DNA of 61,003 bases, filler included, from Sphacelaria rigidula (taxonomy: Eukaryota): assembly GCA_964200075.2 (NCBI GenBank). It is 7 parts of 7 records of this genome, joined end to end, with 100 filler letters (N's around TTAATTAATTAA, not from the genome) between each part and the next. Parts side by side here need not be neighbours in the genome. Positions count along the whole stretch, not along the records: positions 17,461 to 26,089 come from CAXNAA020010555.1; positions 26,190 to 34,818 come from CAXNAA020010556.1; positions 34,919 to 43,547 come from CAXNAA020010557.1; 4 more parts are not named here. One strand, given 5' to 3'. The translations under genes and the position numbers were made by a program. Shown one piece after another: positions 24,788 to 36,404 of the stretch. The notes beneath the pieces are model-generated. The model saw nothing but the letters and a program-made list of their open reading frames with translations, searched no databases and was not told the origin of the DNA. Every line of letters starts with the position of its first letter. Within the stretch, counting starts at the first letter, position 1.

Positions 24788-25438
24788 GAGAACGGGAAAT
24801 GGGGCGCGGGAGGGCAGAGGGGGGATAAGTCCGGGACTGGGAACCTCAGACAGAATAGATTAAATGTTGTCAGACCCAGGTTGTGCTTGCATACAGAGAA
24901 GCTGTTCAGTGATACTGTAGCGTCGGAACTAACGGCGTTCAAGGCCAGCTGGTGGTGATGTGCTGGATTGATTGAAGTATGCATCAAGTGATCCGCAAAT
25001 CGTTCTAGCCATGGGTGGTCGCAAGATAAACATGCTGCGAGAAATAAACAACACGGACACTCGCTGAAAGGAACTCGGGGAAATCGGTACGCATGTGAAC
25101 GGATGATTCCCTGGAAAGTATGGACTCGTCTCGAGGGCGGTCAGGGGTTCATGGTATGCTGAAAAACTAAGAACGAAACGCCCGTCCGCTCCCGTGGTAC
25201 GGTTTTCTGGCATTAGTCGCGCCATCTTAGCTTTTGCAGGTTGACAGGGAACAAACAACATGTTGACTTACTGTATGAACTCGTTACTGTCTGAAGCAAC
25301 GCCTCAGCACGAACCCCTCAATCCTTCAACACTTTGGTTATCACCCCCTCCGAGATAATGAATGACTCCATCAACGCTTTTCTCATAACCCTAGCGGGTA
25401 AAGTGAAGGCCTCGCCGAGAGGGACAATGAACACACAC

Positions 25439-25975
25439 CTGCTTCCAGCGCTGTTTTTCTCTCCACGACAACCCTCTCCCGGCCGGACATTACTGCTGTT
25501 GTAGCTGTCGATATGTCGTCTATGTCTCTAGGTGGTGGTGTCTGTGTTGGTTGCTGCGACCGAGGTCGATCGCTACGGGTGGCGTATTTGCCGTCTGCGG
25601 GCAGTTTTGACTTGGTCTCCGGCGTGTCACGGTCAGTGTCGGCGGCAGCATCGACAGAAACAGTTGTACCGTGGGTAGACACCGATGTATCGGCAGAGTT
25701 CGTTGAGGTGGCTATTGGGCGAGGTGCTCGGCTTGGCTCTGGTGCTGCCTCGTCGTTGTTGTCGTTGCCATTGTCGTTGTCGATGCCGTTATCCATACTG
25801 TTGTCGATTGTGGTGCTGCTGATCCTGCTGTTGTCCTCATTGTGCCGTGCTCGCTTGGCCGGACCTGCTGGAGGAGATGGCGATATCGGCGACGCTGTCG
25901 GTACAGTAGAGAGGAGGTGCGATCGCGCAGACAGTCGGTGCTGCCTCACCTTGCGCAGGGCTCTTCGCACAGACT
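25439..25975 (-). CDS. Probable internal exon of an unknown low-complexity (S/T/P/D/N-rich) protein
   Basis: Open frame with candidate GGCAG|AG acceptor and GCAG|GTGTGT donor, both phase 1, 537 bp. A phase-compatible acceptor exists at 20407. No recognisable domain. Confidence 0.45.
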
Positions 25976-28935
25976 CTGCCATCGAGAGGTTGAGGTTGCA
26001 GTTGCGTTTGCGCACGGCGGGAGGGGAGGGGGGTGTACTCATGATCATGCATGCCATAGTCACAGGACCATTGACCTTGCATCCCTACANNNNNNNNNNN
26101 NNNNNNNNNNNNNNNNNNNNNNNNNNNNNNNNNTTAATTAATTAANNNNNNNNNNNNNNNNNNNNNNNNNNNNNNNNNNNNNNNNNNNNACTGATTGACC
26201 GCTTTTCACTCTCAATCGTATCATCTACTCTCAATCTCACGAAAACACTGTTTATCATGGTATCTCGGAAAAACTGCCTTGTCCCGGTCGAATTTCGCCC
26301 ACCGGACAGAGGGCTAGACGGATTGTGAAAAGAGGTAATACTCACTTTATTCCTCTCCTTCATCACTTTTTTCCAGCATTCGTCGCTGTCACCGGCGAAA
26401 AAAGATTTCATCGTCGTAGGAAATACGTAGAGAGAGTACTTCACGATATATTTTCTTCTGGTCGGAACAGGATCCAGCCAGGTGCAAACACCCCTCAGCT
26501 TATTATATTCTGCTCATGCGATGTCGTCATTCTGCACGACAAGGCCAACCAGTGAAGATTCTTCGGTATACTGACAAGGAGGGAAATCTCACTGTTCACT
26601 CATGCATTCTCAACTTTCGGCGGAAATCCGGTAACAATCAAATCAAATTATGTTATACCGACGTCACGATGCAAACGTGGAATTTTCGATCAACCATCGC
26701 ACATGAAGTCGGGATACGCATAATAATTATTGGCGGTCTGCAACAAGACGGTCAAGCCGAAATGACCACAAAGCAGTATACTGTAGACATCCATTTGCCA
26801 AGTAAAGACAAACTAGAGCGCAAAAAGTTCAACCTCTGGCTTGTGCAGGTTTGCGGGTTAACTTCCGAATACCATCCCGTTGTGTGTATATATAGTATAT
26901 ATATACATGTGTGTATATATATACACACACAAACACACCTGAAGGGAGCTTGAACCATGGATTTTCCCTGTATCCATGCATTTCAGTACGTACAAACATG
27001 AACCAGGGATAAATATCTCGTGCGCGGGTGAATAGTCAAGGCTCCGCCATACAACAATTGCACGGGGGGGTTTGTTTCACACACATATGTTTGTTTTGCA
27101 GTATTATTCCAGGACACACCACCAGCCAAACACGGGTTACGGTGCGACAAATCAAGATGATAACCAACCAGCACAGCCAGCAGCGCCCATGTTCTCCCAC
27201 CAAACAAATCAAACATCAGTCACCCCTACCCTTCCTTTTTGCGTACGCGACCTCTCCGTCAGTTGGGGAAAGAAATAAAAACCCACAACCTGTCGGTAAC
27301 ATGCACCCAACTATGTGTTGCGCCGCCTGGATCATGACTCGAGTTCACCCTACAAACGTAACACTTTTGAGAAACAAATGCACCAAGAGGCACCAGCTGC
27401 ACCAACAACGGCATTCCGATTCAATGCTACTACTAAAAAATAACCTACTACGCGCAGTGGTGCTCCACTCAGCATCCCCTCGCTGCAACAACGCTCAAGG
27501 CTAAAAATCACGACACCCCAAGATCCGACACGTGGCCGTCACCATCAAGCACGGATCACATTAGATGCGATCTAACCAACCAGGCGGTTTCCTCTGACGA
27601 TAAAATCACCGATCAAAACATCCCCTCCAACAGAAAGGAGTATTAATAGCACTTGAATAAAAAACGCGGATAACTGAAAAAGCACCGGGGAAAACTCACG
27701 GTAGCCGCGACCGATGAAAACGGGTGGGATGAGAACAAAACCACCGAATAACCGTAACATGGCTCGCCAACAAACATCTCGATCCTTCCCAATCCCGCGC
27801 AACAATGGTACCCTCGCTTTCATCCACGAAGAACCCCTCCTCCCCTCACCCCCCCACTGACACCGTAAGATGTCCCGGCAAAAAACACCATGGTCCTGAC
27901 CAACCTCGCAAAAAAGCGACCTCCTCGCTTCATTTGCAAATAAGGAAAACTACGCCCCCTCTCACCCCTCTCGACCCCACCCCACCCCGCCGCACCCCCC
28001 TTCCCTCCCCCACGAATCAACGACCAACCGAAGAATACTTACACAACGTTGTACTACTAACTAATCCCCATCGCTTCCCATTGATTTCCCCCCTCTTGTG
28101 GTATTTACATCGCGCGCGCGTTATTTCGCGCATTGAAATCGAATATTTTTGTGACTTCCCCATCCAAGGCACTGCTTGCTTGTTTCTGCGCCTACGCCGT
28201 CATCCCATAGCGGGTCGTGCAATGCGGGGATCATGATAAATGGTGCATTTGACGATACTATATCGCGACAAGAGGTTTTTAAAAGTAACAATAAAGGAAA
28301 AACAGGATATCTGTACACTACGATAGGATATCTCCATATGACGTTCTGTGCCCAAGCCCACGAAACAAATATTATACGACGCACATGTATGTGTATATAT
28401 ATGTAAATATCTATAAATGAAAAAGAAAATCCGTTCCGAAATCTCATATGTTTTACCGACCCTCACAAACAAAATCAAAATCATCCCCAAGCCCGTCCAA
28501 AAACCGCTTTATTCGACCCGTACTTCTCGGGCTCAACAGGCTGCCGCCAACCGCGGTTACCGCCATAACGGAGGCGCCTCCTGGCTCATGTTGCAGTATC
28601 GCACGGTGACAACACTACTGTTCCCGCTTTTTATCCCCGACAAACCCGTGTAGATCCATGTGTATCTGCCCCTTGGCACCACCGTACCTCCTCGGACCGT
28701 ACCGTACCATACTGATATGTGAAGGCCACCTAAACCGTCTCTCAAATTGGCTCCACATCGGCCGGCACTACCAGAGTATCGACCAGCTTGGACCTGTACA
28801 GCACCGACACCGCAGCGTACAGCGACAGTATCGTCCAGCGCGAACCCCCGCAGTACACAAACCGTGCAGTGCATCACCATGCAGGACCGATGCCCATCAT
28901 GCCGGCATAGAACAATGACCGCAAATGAATTGATG

Positions 28936-29082
28936 TCACCCCCTGCCATCTCCGTCCAGCTGCGACGTCTCCGAAACGTTCTCGTCGCGCTTCAGATAGC
29001 CCATCACGCCGCGGATCAGACCCGCGCGGTGCACCCCTTTCACCAACGTTCCCACCTCTCCCGCCACTTCCTTCGCGATATC
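28936..29082 (-). CDS. Terminal exon of the WD40 (BEACH-WD40-like) gene: DIAKEVAGEV...LDGDGRG*
   Basis: GGCAG|GAT acceptor, phase 0, 48 codons plus TGA. Confidence 0.75.
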   Translation of the reverse strand, partial: DIAKEVAGEVGTLVKGVHRAGLIRGVMGYLKRDENVSETSQLDGDGRG

Positions 29083-29769
29083 CTGCCACGGCAGTGATTT
29101 TCCAGCAATGGGTTCGCGGATTGAGACGGAGCGGGGACGTGCGCAGGAGTAGGCAAAAGTTCTCGCGGGAACACCAAATCAAGATAACGGACGATGTACA
29201 CGATGCAAAACATGATTGTCCTTGACGACTCTTTTGAGCGGCCTGGGCAGGGAATAGGCGAGAGTGGACATGGTAATCGTGTTCATTTGCAACATGGAAA
29301 ACAGATTCCGGGAGCCGGGGGGAAGGAGGAGGTGGAGTGATAAATACGTTTCTAACACAACGGAGGGATGATCGGGTACCAACAAGTTTAACTCCTAGGG
29401 TGACTAGCTGCAACAATATATACATGTATATTTATGTTGCCTAGGTGCTGCTTGGACTGTGAGAGATCCATATTTGACTGGTAACGGCTGCAAAAATCTG
29501 TACATCACCTGAAGGCAACTGTTACAAATCCGTATATTTGCCACGACATCTGCGGGAGGGGGGAGGGGAAAGAGGGGACATGCTGGAAGAAAGTCTACAA
29601 GCCCTCTTGGTTATGGTGTCAAAAATAGACGAAAACTTGTCACCGTGGGGTGGTTGCCAGGAGGGGATGGTATAGTATGTATCCACAAAATGGTACCGGC
29701 GATATACACCATCAAGTGCAGAATCTCCCGCGTTACATACATATCGTTATCGTTCTCTCTCCTTCTCAC

Positions 29770-29934
29770 CCCCGTGTGGTTGACCAGGCCTCCCACGCCC
29801 CGTATGGACTTGGTCGCAATAGAGTGAGCCGTGTTGACCGTCCCTTTCAACACCTTCGCTGGCGCCTTGATCAGCATGGACCCCATGGCCGCCATCATGT
29901 TGTGCCGGAGCCATTCCTCCGCATCTGGCAACGC
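29770..29934 (-). CDS. Penultimate exon of the WD40 gene: ALPDAEEWLR...LVNHTG
   Basis: Poly-T then CTCAG| acceptor, GGG|GTGAGA donor, 55 codons, phase 0/0. Confidence 0.82.
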
Positions 29935-30387
29935 CTGAGAAAAAAAAAAAACACAGCGGAAAACAATCAAACTTTTACCTTTTGCTAAAATATGTAGCTA
30001 ACGGTCTGACAAAAGATACATGGCAATGTGCATGCAATGTCTGGTCAGGATCCTATTCCCTCCCGAAAACAAGGGGCGTGAAAACATACTCCACTACACA
30101 AGAAATAGGGAGCAGAGATGCATGCGATGCAAAAAAAAATGCCCATGCAGAGTGTTTCATTGTGAGCACGTCCCACGCAGCGCGCTTGCAACAGGGCGAC
30201 ACCCTACCAACTCACCATGTCGACTACAGGCTTATCTATCTTACCCTTTTCCAGCTGCAGTACACCGCTTGAGAGTTCACACTTTGCGAACGCAGTCAAA
30301 GGAAACGATAAGCCAGCCATGCCGCTTGCGCACACACAACCACATAAAACAAACTTGCAAGGGGGATAAAACGGAGGCCGACCTCAC

Positions 30388-31326
30388 CTGCACCAACAGA
30401 CTACCGTCGGCAGTACCCACACACACGACAATAGGGGCATTCGGGTTAGGCCCCAATTCCACAGACTCCACCGCGGGCCAGTCCTGCTCGCCCCCAGCGC
30501 CCATGCCGACCGCAAATCCCCCCGCCCGTCCCCTCCCCCCGCCACCCCCTGCGCCGCCGGCGCCGCTAGCGCCACTACTTCCAGGGAAGCAGTCGATCGT
30601 TGCCCAACTGTGAGGGTCCAGGCTCCACACAGGAGCCAAATCGGCAGTGGTCCGAATCTCCAGCATCAATCTCTCACCACCGACAACAAGCAGTTCGCCG
30701 CGGCCGGCGGTGGAGAGGCATCGCACGGCACGAGTCATGCCCGCAACCCTTGCCGTGAGCCGCCCATTGACCGTGTATACCTCCAGTTCGTGCGTCACGG
30801 GCACCGTTACCGCCGCCGCATCCATACCCCCGTCGGTCTCGACGACCACAGGAGCGGTCGGTCGAGAACCCGCGAGAGCCGCATACCCGGCCTCCGCGAG
30901 CGCACACGCCGTATAGCGTGTAGCCGGGGCTTCGGGCGTTTCGAGATGATTCGAGCACCCGCCGCGGCCGCCGTTGGGGTCACCGACTGCAGACCTAAGC
31001 GTCCGCAGCAACACATTTCCCTCGGTCGAGGTCAGCAGAGCGCGTCCATCGGAACATGTCAGGGCAAGCCCGAGGCCATCGCTCACGGCGCACGCGGTCA
31101 CGGGGCCACGGTGACCGCGGACCACGAGGGACGGACATCGGCGGGCGGCGGGGCGGCGGGCGGTCGCTGTCAAGAAGCTGGCCGTAAGGCGCCGAAGGGA
31201 CCACAGCAGCGCCGTGCCGTCGCTAGCGCCCGAGAGCACGAGATCGCGGTCGGTTGCTTCGAGCCCGCACGAAGCGAGGCAGGTTATCGGGGCGGAGTGG
31301 CCGTGGAGCGCCATCTCGCCGCATAC
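30388..31326 (-). CDS. WD40-repeat exon (GH...VLSGASDGTALLWS; RGHRGPVTACAVS)
   Basis: GCAG|GTA acceptor, CAG|GTGAGG donor, 313 codons, clear GH-WD repeats. Joins the upstream exon as WQFDSSNGQ|VCGEMALHGH. Confidence 0.9.
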
Positions 31327-31476
31327 CTGCTCGGTTGTTTCGTCATGTGTTTCGGGGAGAAGGGTCGAGTGGGAATACGGGAGGTAGGGCGGGAAGCAAG
31401 GTACGCATTGGTGTTGAGATGCGTATGTGAGAGTGTCAGATCATATGCACACAAAAGCACTAGAGTTGGGGGAGCG

Positions 31477-31980
31477 GGGGGGGGGGTACTCATGATCTTG
31501 CATGCCGTTGTCATAACATCATTGACCTTGCAACCCTACAAAACCGGGACGGAGCACGCTGGGTCTTCGCCGGACCAGGCTTGTAATCACTCATCAAGCA
31601 TGAAGAGATGCGACGTGTTCGGCGAGTCGCATGAAGGCTGACACCGCATCTCGCTAAGTTTTTCGGTCCGCGTACTAATTAGCTTGAATATGGATGACAG
31701 CCTCCGATGAGTTGCTTCATTTTCTGGTACCGCAACTTCGAGAGACAGCCACGGGTTACACACTACCCCATGGGTGTCTCACCATTCAAGCACTGCGTAG
31801 TACGATCACCCCCTTTGCGCGGAGTTGAGGTTCTCGATCCCGTACAGCACGATCTAATTCGACCACTTATCATGCTCACGGCAAAAAAAAACGCAAGCGA
31901 GAAAAAAATAACCTGACTGCCTAGCTTACACAGTGAGTGGCGTGTTAAACAGCATCGCTACCAACCTAGACTAATCCTCA
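31477..31980 (+). repeat. ~500-bp dispersed repeat inside the WD40 intron
   Basis: Homologous to 24279-24787. Confidence 0.88.
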
Positions 31981-31981
31981 G

Positions 31982-32083
31982 CCCTTTGACCACGAGAGCA
32001 TTTACGTCGTCTGTTGAATCGGCTTTAATTTCACTTGAAAAAATTATGCATGATCCAGATGGACCACTCTCGCAGTCGACGGG
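31982..32083 (+). mobile_element. ~100-bp piggyBac-like MITE
   Basis: CCCTTTGACC...GACGGG followed by TTAA. Homologous to 11319-11416. Confidence 0.72.
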
Positions 32084-33083
32084 TTAAAGGGGGGGAAGGG
32101 GGACTAGGGGGGGAGAGGGAAGTGGGCTGATTCCCAGAGACTGCAGCTTCGTCTAGAGGGAGGGGAGCGACCAAAAAAATAGACAAAGAAGAGGTATATG
32201 TGTGAAAAGATAACATGTAGCTGCACATTTTGGTTTGATTTAAAATATGAGTCAAACACACCGACATACGATCGACCGCAACGTTGTGCGTTCCCATCAC
32301 CTCGACAGCAATGAACTTTGATTACACTATCCTAAAACCCCCCCTGTGTTCTGCACTGCGAGCTGTTGGATACATACAGTAGGAGCACGCCCCATCAACA
32401 TCTTCAAGGCCGCAAAACCTGAACCTCAACCAGGAAAAAACAATAAACACAGATCACACACACCACATGATCAACGTGGCCGATATGGCTGAACAACGGA
32501 TTCGCCACAGCGAGCACACAGGATTGCACAAAGTCACCACAAGACGCACTCAAGTTCACGCGGAGAACGATACTCAAAGCAAGAGTGAGACAGGACTTCC
32601 TACATGTAATCAATATTGGATGCTTCAGAGTAGTATCTACATCATAAAAGAGGAGGGAAGTGGAATATGCGCACGCATGGGCGAACGAAGACCGTACTCC
32701 GGTCTCATCACGCACTGAAATTTGATGTACAGTAGGCTATCCTATGTGATGCCCTGCCTCCCTGACGAGCATCGACATACGGTATCTGAAGCCACACACG
32801 ACTAACTACAGGTACTGCAAAGTTATACACATGCGTGTTGTTCATGTGCATACCCCGTATATATTTGCAGATGTGTTGAAAAGTGAAGCGAAAACACACA
32901 TCGCAAAAACTTCAGCGCCTGGCTTGCGCAGGCGCAGTACTGCAACCCAATTGACGAGACCATCGACGTTTTGAATTGCTGTACCTGTGTCGTCCCTCCT
33001 GCCAGCAGCCTTTGGCGGAAGAGTTCTGTGTGTATTGGGCTTCAAGTGAAATCCAGTTGGGATGCTGGACCTCCGCACTACGC

Positions 33084-33170
33084 TGATTGATTGATTGATT
33101 GATTGATTGATCGATTTTCGCATTTCAACTGATTCCCTAGATCCAACCGTGGCCACATGACAGGTCGACA
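33084..33170 (-). mobile_element. RTE-LINE 3' end remnant with (TCAA)n tail; similar stubs at 53188-53275 and, more diverged, 2288-2340 and 4040-4085
   Basis: Reverse complement resembles 48783-48871 (TCATGTGG...TGGATC...ATCAGT...TCAATCAATCA). Confidence 0.65.
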
Positions 33171-33195
33171 CTGGTGACGTCCAATTATTTCTTAA

Positions 33196-33408
33196 TAGAG
33201 ATATCTCAAATTCGATACCCGGTATCCTGGTTTGGTTTGTTCTATTTTTTCAAGTGAAAGTGATGGCGATTCATCAGATGATGAGACCCTTTCACCACCA
33301 GGTCAGGTCCTCCTATGAATCGCGATCACTTTCACTTGAAACAATAGTACACAACCCAGAGCCAGCGAATAAACCAAGACACCGGGAGCCGAGTTTGAGA
33401 TACCTCTA
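33196..33408 (+). mobile_element. 213-bp MITE
   Basis: TIR TAGAGATATCTCAAATTCG / CGAGTTTGAGATACCTCTA. Homologous to 21884-22095. Confidence 0.85.
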
Positions 33409-34279
33409 ACACCAGTTAGGTAGCGGATCAGACGTACGACAAGTACTCGTACTGTTGGCCGTACTGTTTATGGAAGCCCTACGGTAATAATGTATACTAA
33501 TGATCCTTCAGGCTACCGTTTGCGACCGCCATAAATAGATGCTCATCTGAACGGTCTAAAACGTCGCCCCCTTTCCACCAAAAAAGATGGAAATATGTCA
33601 AAAATATAACCGTTACTTCACCCCTACTCAACCATCGACAGGTCATACGATATTTTTTTTTATCTCGACGACATTTGTTTTTTTTGCCCCTAACAGTTGC
33701 AAGACCTTCGAGCAATAGTGTACGCCATGAGTTTTTTTGTTTGTTTTTTTCACGGCACTGTCGGCACTCAGGGCCTTTCTTCCTCATAAAAAAGACGAGT
33801 CTACTTTTCCATGGTAGCACGTTTGTAACGCACAGTTTCCATATATTGTGAAAAGGTGGTTCCTTGAGAAACACTTGCGGGAATTTATCCCTTCCGCTGT
33901 ATGTGGTCATTCCCACGTCACCCCCCCACTCCATGATCCTTTTCACGGTTAGGATTAATCATTACGACTAAGAATCACCGAATCCACGATTTCTTTGGCC
34001 TGATTGCCCAAAAGGGAGAAAAAAGTTGACCGCTGGTCCGAGGGGCATCCACGCACAACTTTTGCGCCATTCCACGTGTCTGAGCTGCGTGTACCTGGGT
34101 TGCAACGCTGAAAACAAAGCCCATGGATTGATTCGTACGAGTCAAATAAAATATACTAAAACCGAGTAATTTCCAGACGAATCATTATTCGTCCGACCCT
34201 TGAACCTCTTGGAGGGCTTCACTAGCTCATCCCTTCGAGCAAACAGATACAGACACAAACATCCGGATACAAAACACAC

Positions 34280-34667
34280 CTGACCATTGGACGAATCGAA
34301 CTGCCACACCAGCAAAGCTCCAGACTCATGCCCACCGCTGAACAAATACCTTCCCGACGGCGAAATAGATACCGGCGCCGCAGGCAGGGGCGGAGGCCAA
34401 TCCACCCCATCCCGCGTCCTCCTGCGTTCGGCACGACTACCACTACCGCCACCAGGTACAGGCTTCGGCCCGAGAGGGATCCTAGGAACATTCTCGAACG
34501 ACGTCATTCTGCGCTCCACGCAGATGCCGCTGGCAACCGCGCGTCCCTGGCGAGCGGGGCTAACGCTCGACGAGGTACGCCGGCGTTGAGCGTCGGGAGC
34601 ACGGTTGTCGACGTCCGCCACTGCAGCGATGGCAGCGGTGAGGTCTGGCGCAGGCAGCTCCGTGTCG
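34280..34667 (-). CDS. Upstream exon of the WD40 gene (ISPSGRYLFSGGHESGALLVWQ); 5' exons lie beyond the contig end
   Basis: Pyrimidine tract then CTAG| acceptor (alternative at 34620), CAG|GTGTGT donor in phase 0. The YLFSGGH motif resembles the first WD repeat after a BEACH domain. Confidence 0.78.
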
Positions 34668-35373
34668 CTAGTAATTCATGGGGGGAAATGGACATTTTAG
34701 GGGGGGAAATCGAGGGTGGCAGGTATGGGTTTGGGAGAGGGGACGGAGGGGGCGGGGACGGGGACGGGGGGGGGGGGGGGGGTCGTAGGCAGCAGGAAAA
34801 CAAAGGATAAGAAGGGGGNNNNNNNNNNNNNNNNNNNNNNNNNNNNNNNNNNNNNNNNNNNNTTAATTAATTAANNNNNNNNNNNNNNNNNNNNNNNNNN
34901 NNNNNNNNNNNNNNNNNNCTCGTTGGCCAACACGAGGATGAGCGTCGTTTTTTTTTTTTCGAGGACCGTGCTTTGCTGTGCGGTGCATGCACGCCGCATA
35001 TTGTGTACGGTTAGATCCAGCATTGTCTGAAGACTACGGCATTCTCAACCCTGGCGGTAAAGCAGGAGATTGGTGCCGTATGTCCCGCATCACATTTGCC
35101 CAGCCCCCCCCCCGGCTGATGGCAGTGCAACATCGGGCTTGTGTGCGACGACTTGATAGCATTCTCAGAGCAATTGTTAGTAGATGAGAGCCATTACGGA
35201 GAACACCGCGCTGTGTGTTGTCCTGGATTCTGCGAAGACGACCCTCAGTTGCTCACCGTCAACGATTCCTCCCACACCATATCGCTCGAGAAACACGGAG
35301 GCAAGCAATGGCCTCTGGTCATCAGTTGTGGGTTCATCATCACTCATCATCTCCTCTTTGCCGCCGCATGAAC

Positions 35374-35626
35374 AACAGGTTCCAGTATCTGTTGTCTGCA
35401 AACTATCATTTACATCTAATACAGGCAGTACAGCACGTCACTCTCTGTGCCTCACGTTTCTTGAAGTCACGGTTCGTGGGACTGTCCGACGAAATATTGT
35501 ACCGAAACGAGCCACCTCCGCATGGAAAACAGGTTCCAGTATCTTTTGTCTGCAAACTATCATTTACATCCAATGCAGGCAGTACAGCACGTTACTGCCT
35601 GTACCACACGTTTCTTGAATTCACGG
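35374..35626 (+). repeat. Direct repeat, ~100 bp x 2, period ~154 bp
   Basis: AACAGGTTCCAGTATCTKTTGTCTGCAAACTATCATTTACATC...TTTCTTGAAKTCACGG at 35374 and 35528. Confidence 0.9.
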
Positions 35627-35801
35627 CACATGGTTGCAGAGTTAGTATAGGCGGTGGTGCAGCCATTTCCCGAAATGGGCGGCTGCGTGCAAACTTCATT
35701 TTTCTGAGAGCCCGGTTCCCAACGGGTTACAACTACATGTCCAATTGATGTGTGTGTTGTTGTTCCATCTATTCTGGACACTTGCCAACCTTCCCGGTAT
35801 A

Positions 35802-36100
35802 TAACAATGTTTTCGAGACATCGAGAGTAGAGGATACGATTGAGACCGAAAAGCGGTCAATTAGTGAATGTATCATTTCTGTTCCGGAATGACCCTCCAC
35901 GAAGCCCAATATGCTTTCTGCAGCAGCTTGCCACTGAGGTCCTTGATGTCCCTGAGTAGGATATCGACGTGAAGCTGTAGGCACACGCTAGTGATGGAGG
36001 CAAAGGAGCACTCACGGAATCCAGAATGGCTAAGTTGAAGCGAATGATCAAAACCACTCTCAATCAGCACTCCACTCTCAATCTCACGAAAACGTTGTTA
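35802..36100 (+). mobile_element. ~300-bp MITE; other copies at 53767-54068, ~42100-42390 and an end fragment at 26190-26255
   Basis: TIR TAACAATGTTTTCGAGA / TCACGAAAACGTTGTTA with TA flanks. Shared core AGCTTGCCACTG. Confidence 0.78.
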
Positions 36101-36404
36101 TATGTGGGCGCACCGGCCTAGGTCACACAGGAGCACGGCTAACGCAGGAGTCATTTTTGTTTTCTTGTGTTAGGTCTCCACCTTCCTTCTGCGGCACTTG
36201 CCTTTCATTTTTCATCGCGAGAGAGGTTCAGCAATCTCTTTCCCTCGTCAACCATGAGGTCGAATTTTGTTTACCAACGACATAGTTGCTCTCCACTACT
36301 GGGCATTGTGTGAGAAAGAATCCCAGATCGCTGCGAGATTGGAACCCACGACCCAACCGTCCGAGGGTTTCGAGGTAACTAACTGAGCATCCAGGGTGAC
36401 CGGC
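36101..36404 (-). mobile_element. tRNA-derived SINE (uninterrupted copy)
   Basis: Reverse complement is co-linear with 44107-44296 plus 44847-44979 and has degenerate A and B boxes. Confidence 0.8.

Noticed and set aside
30610-31641. 343-aa plus-strand ORF
   Set aside because: GC-rich antisense shadow of the WD40 exon, running into a repeat.
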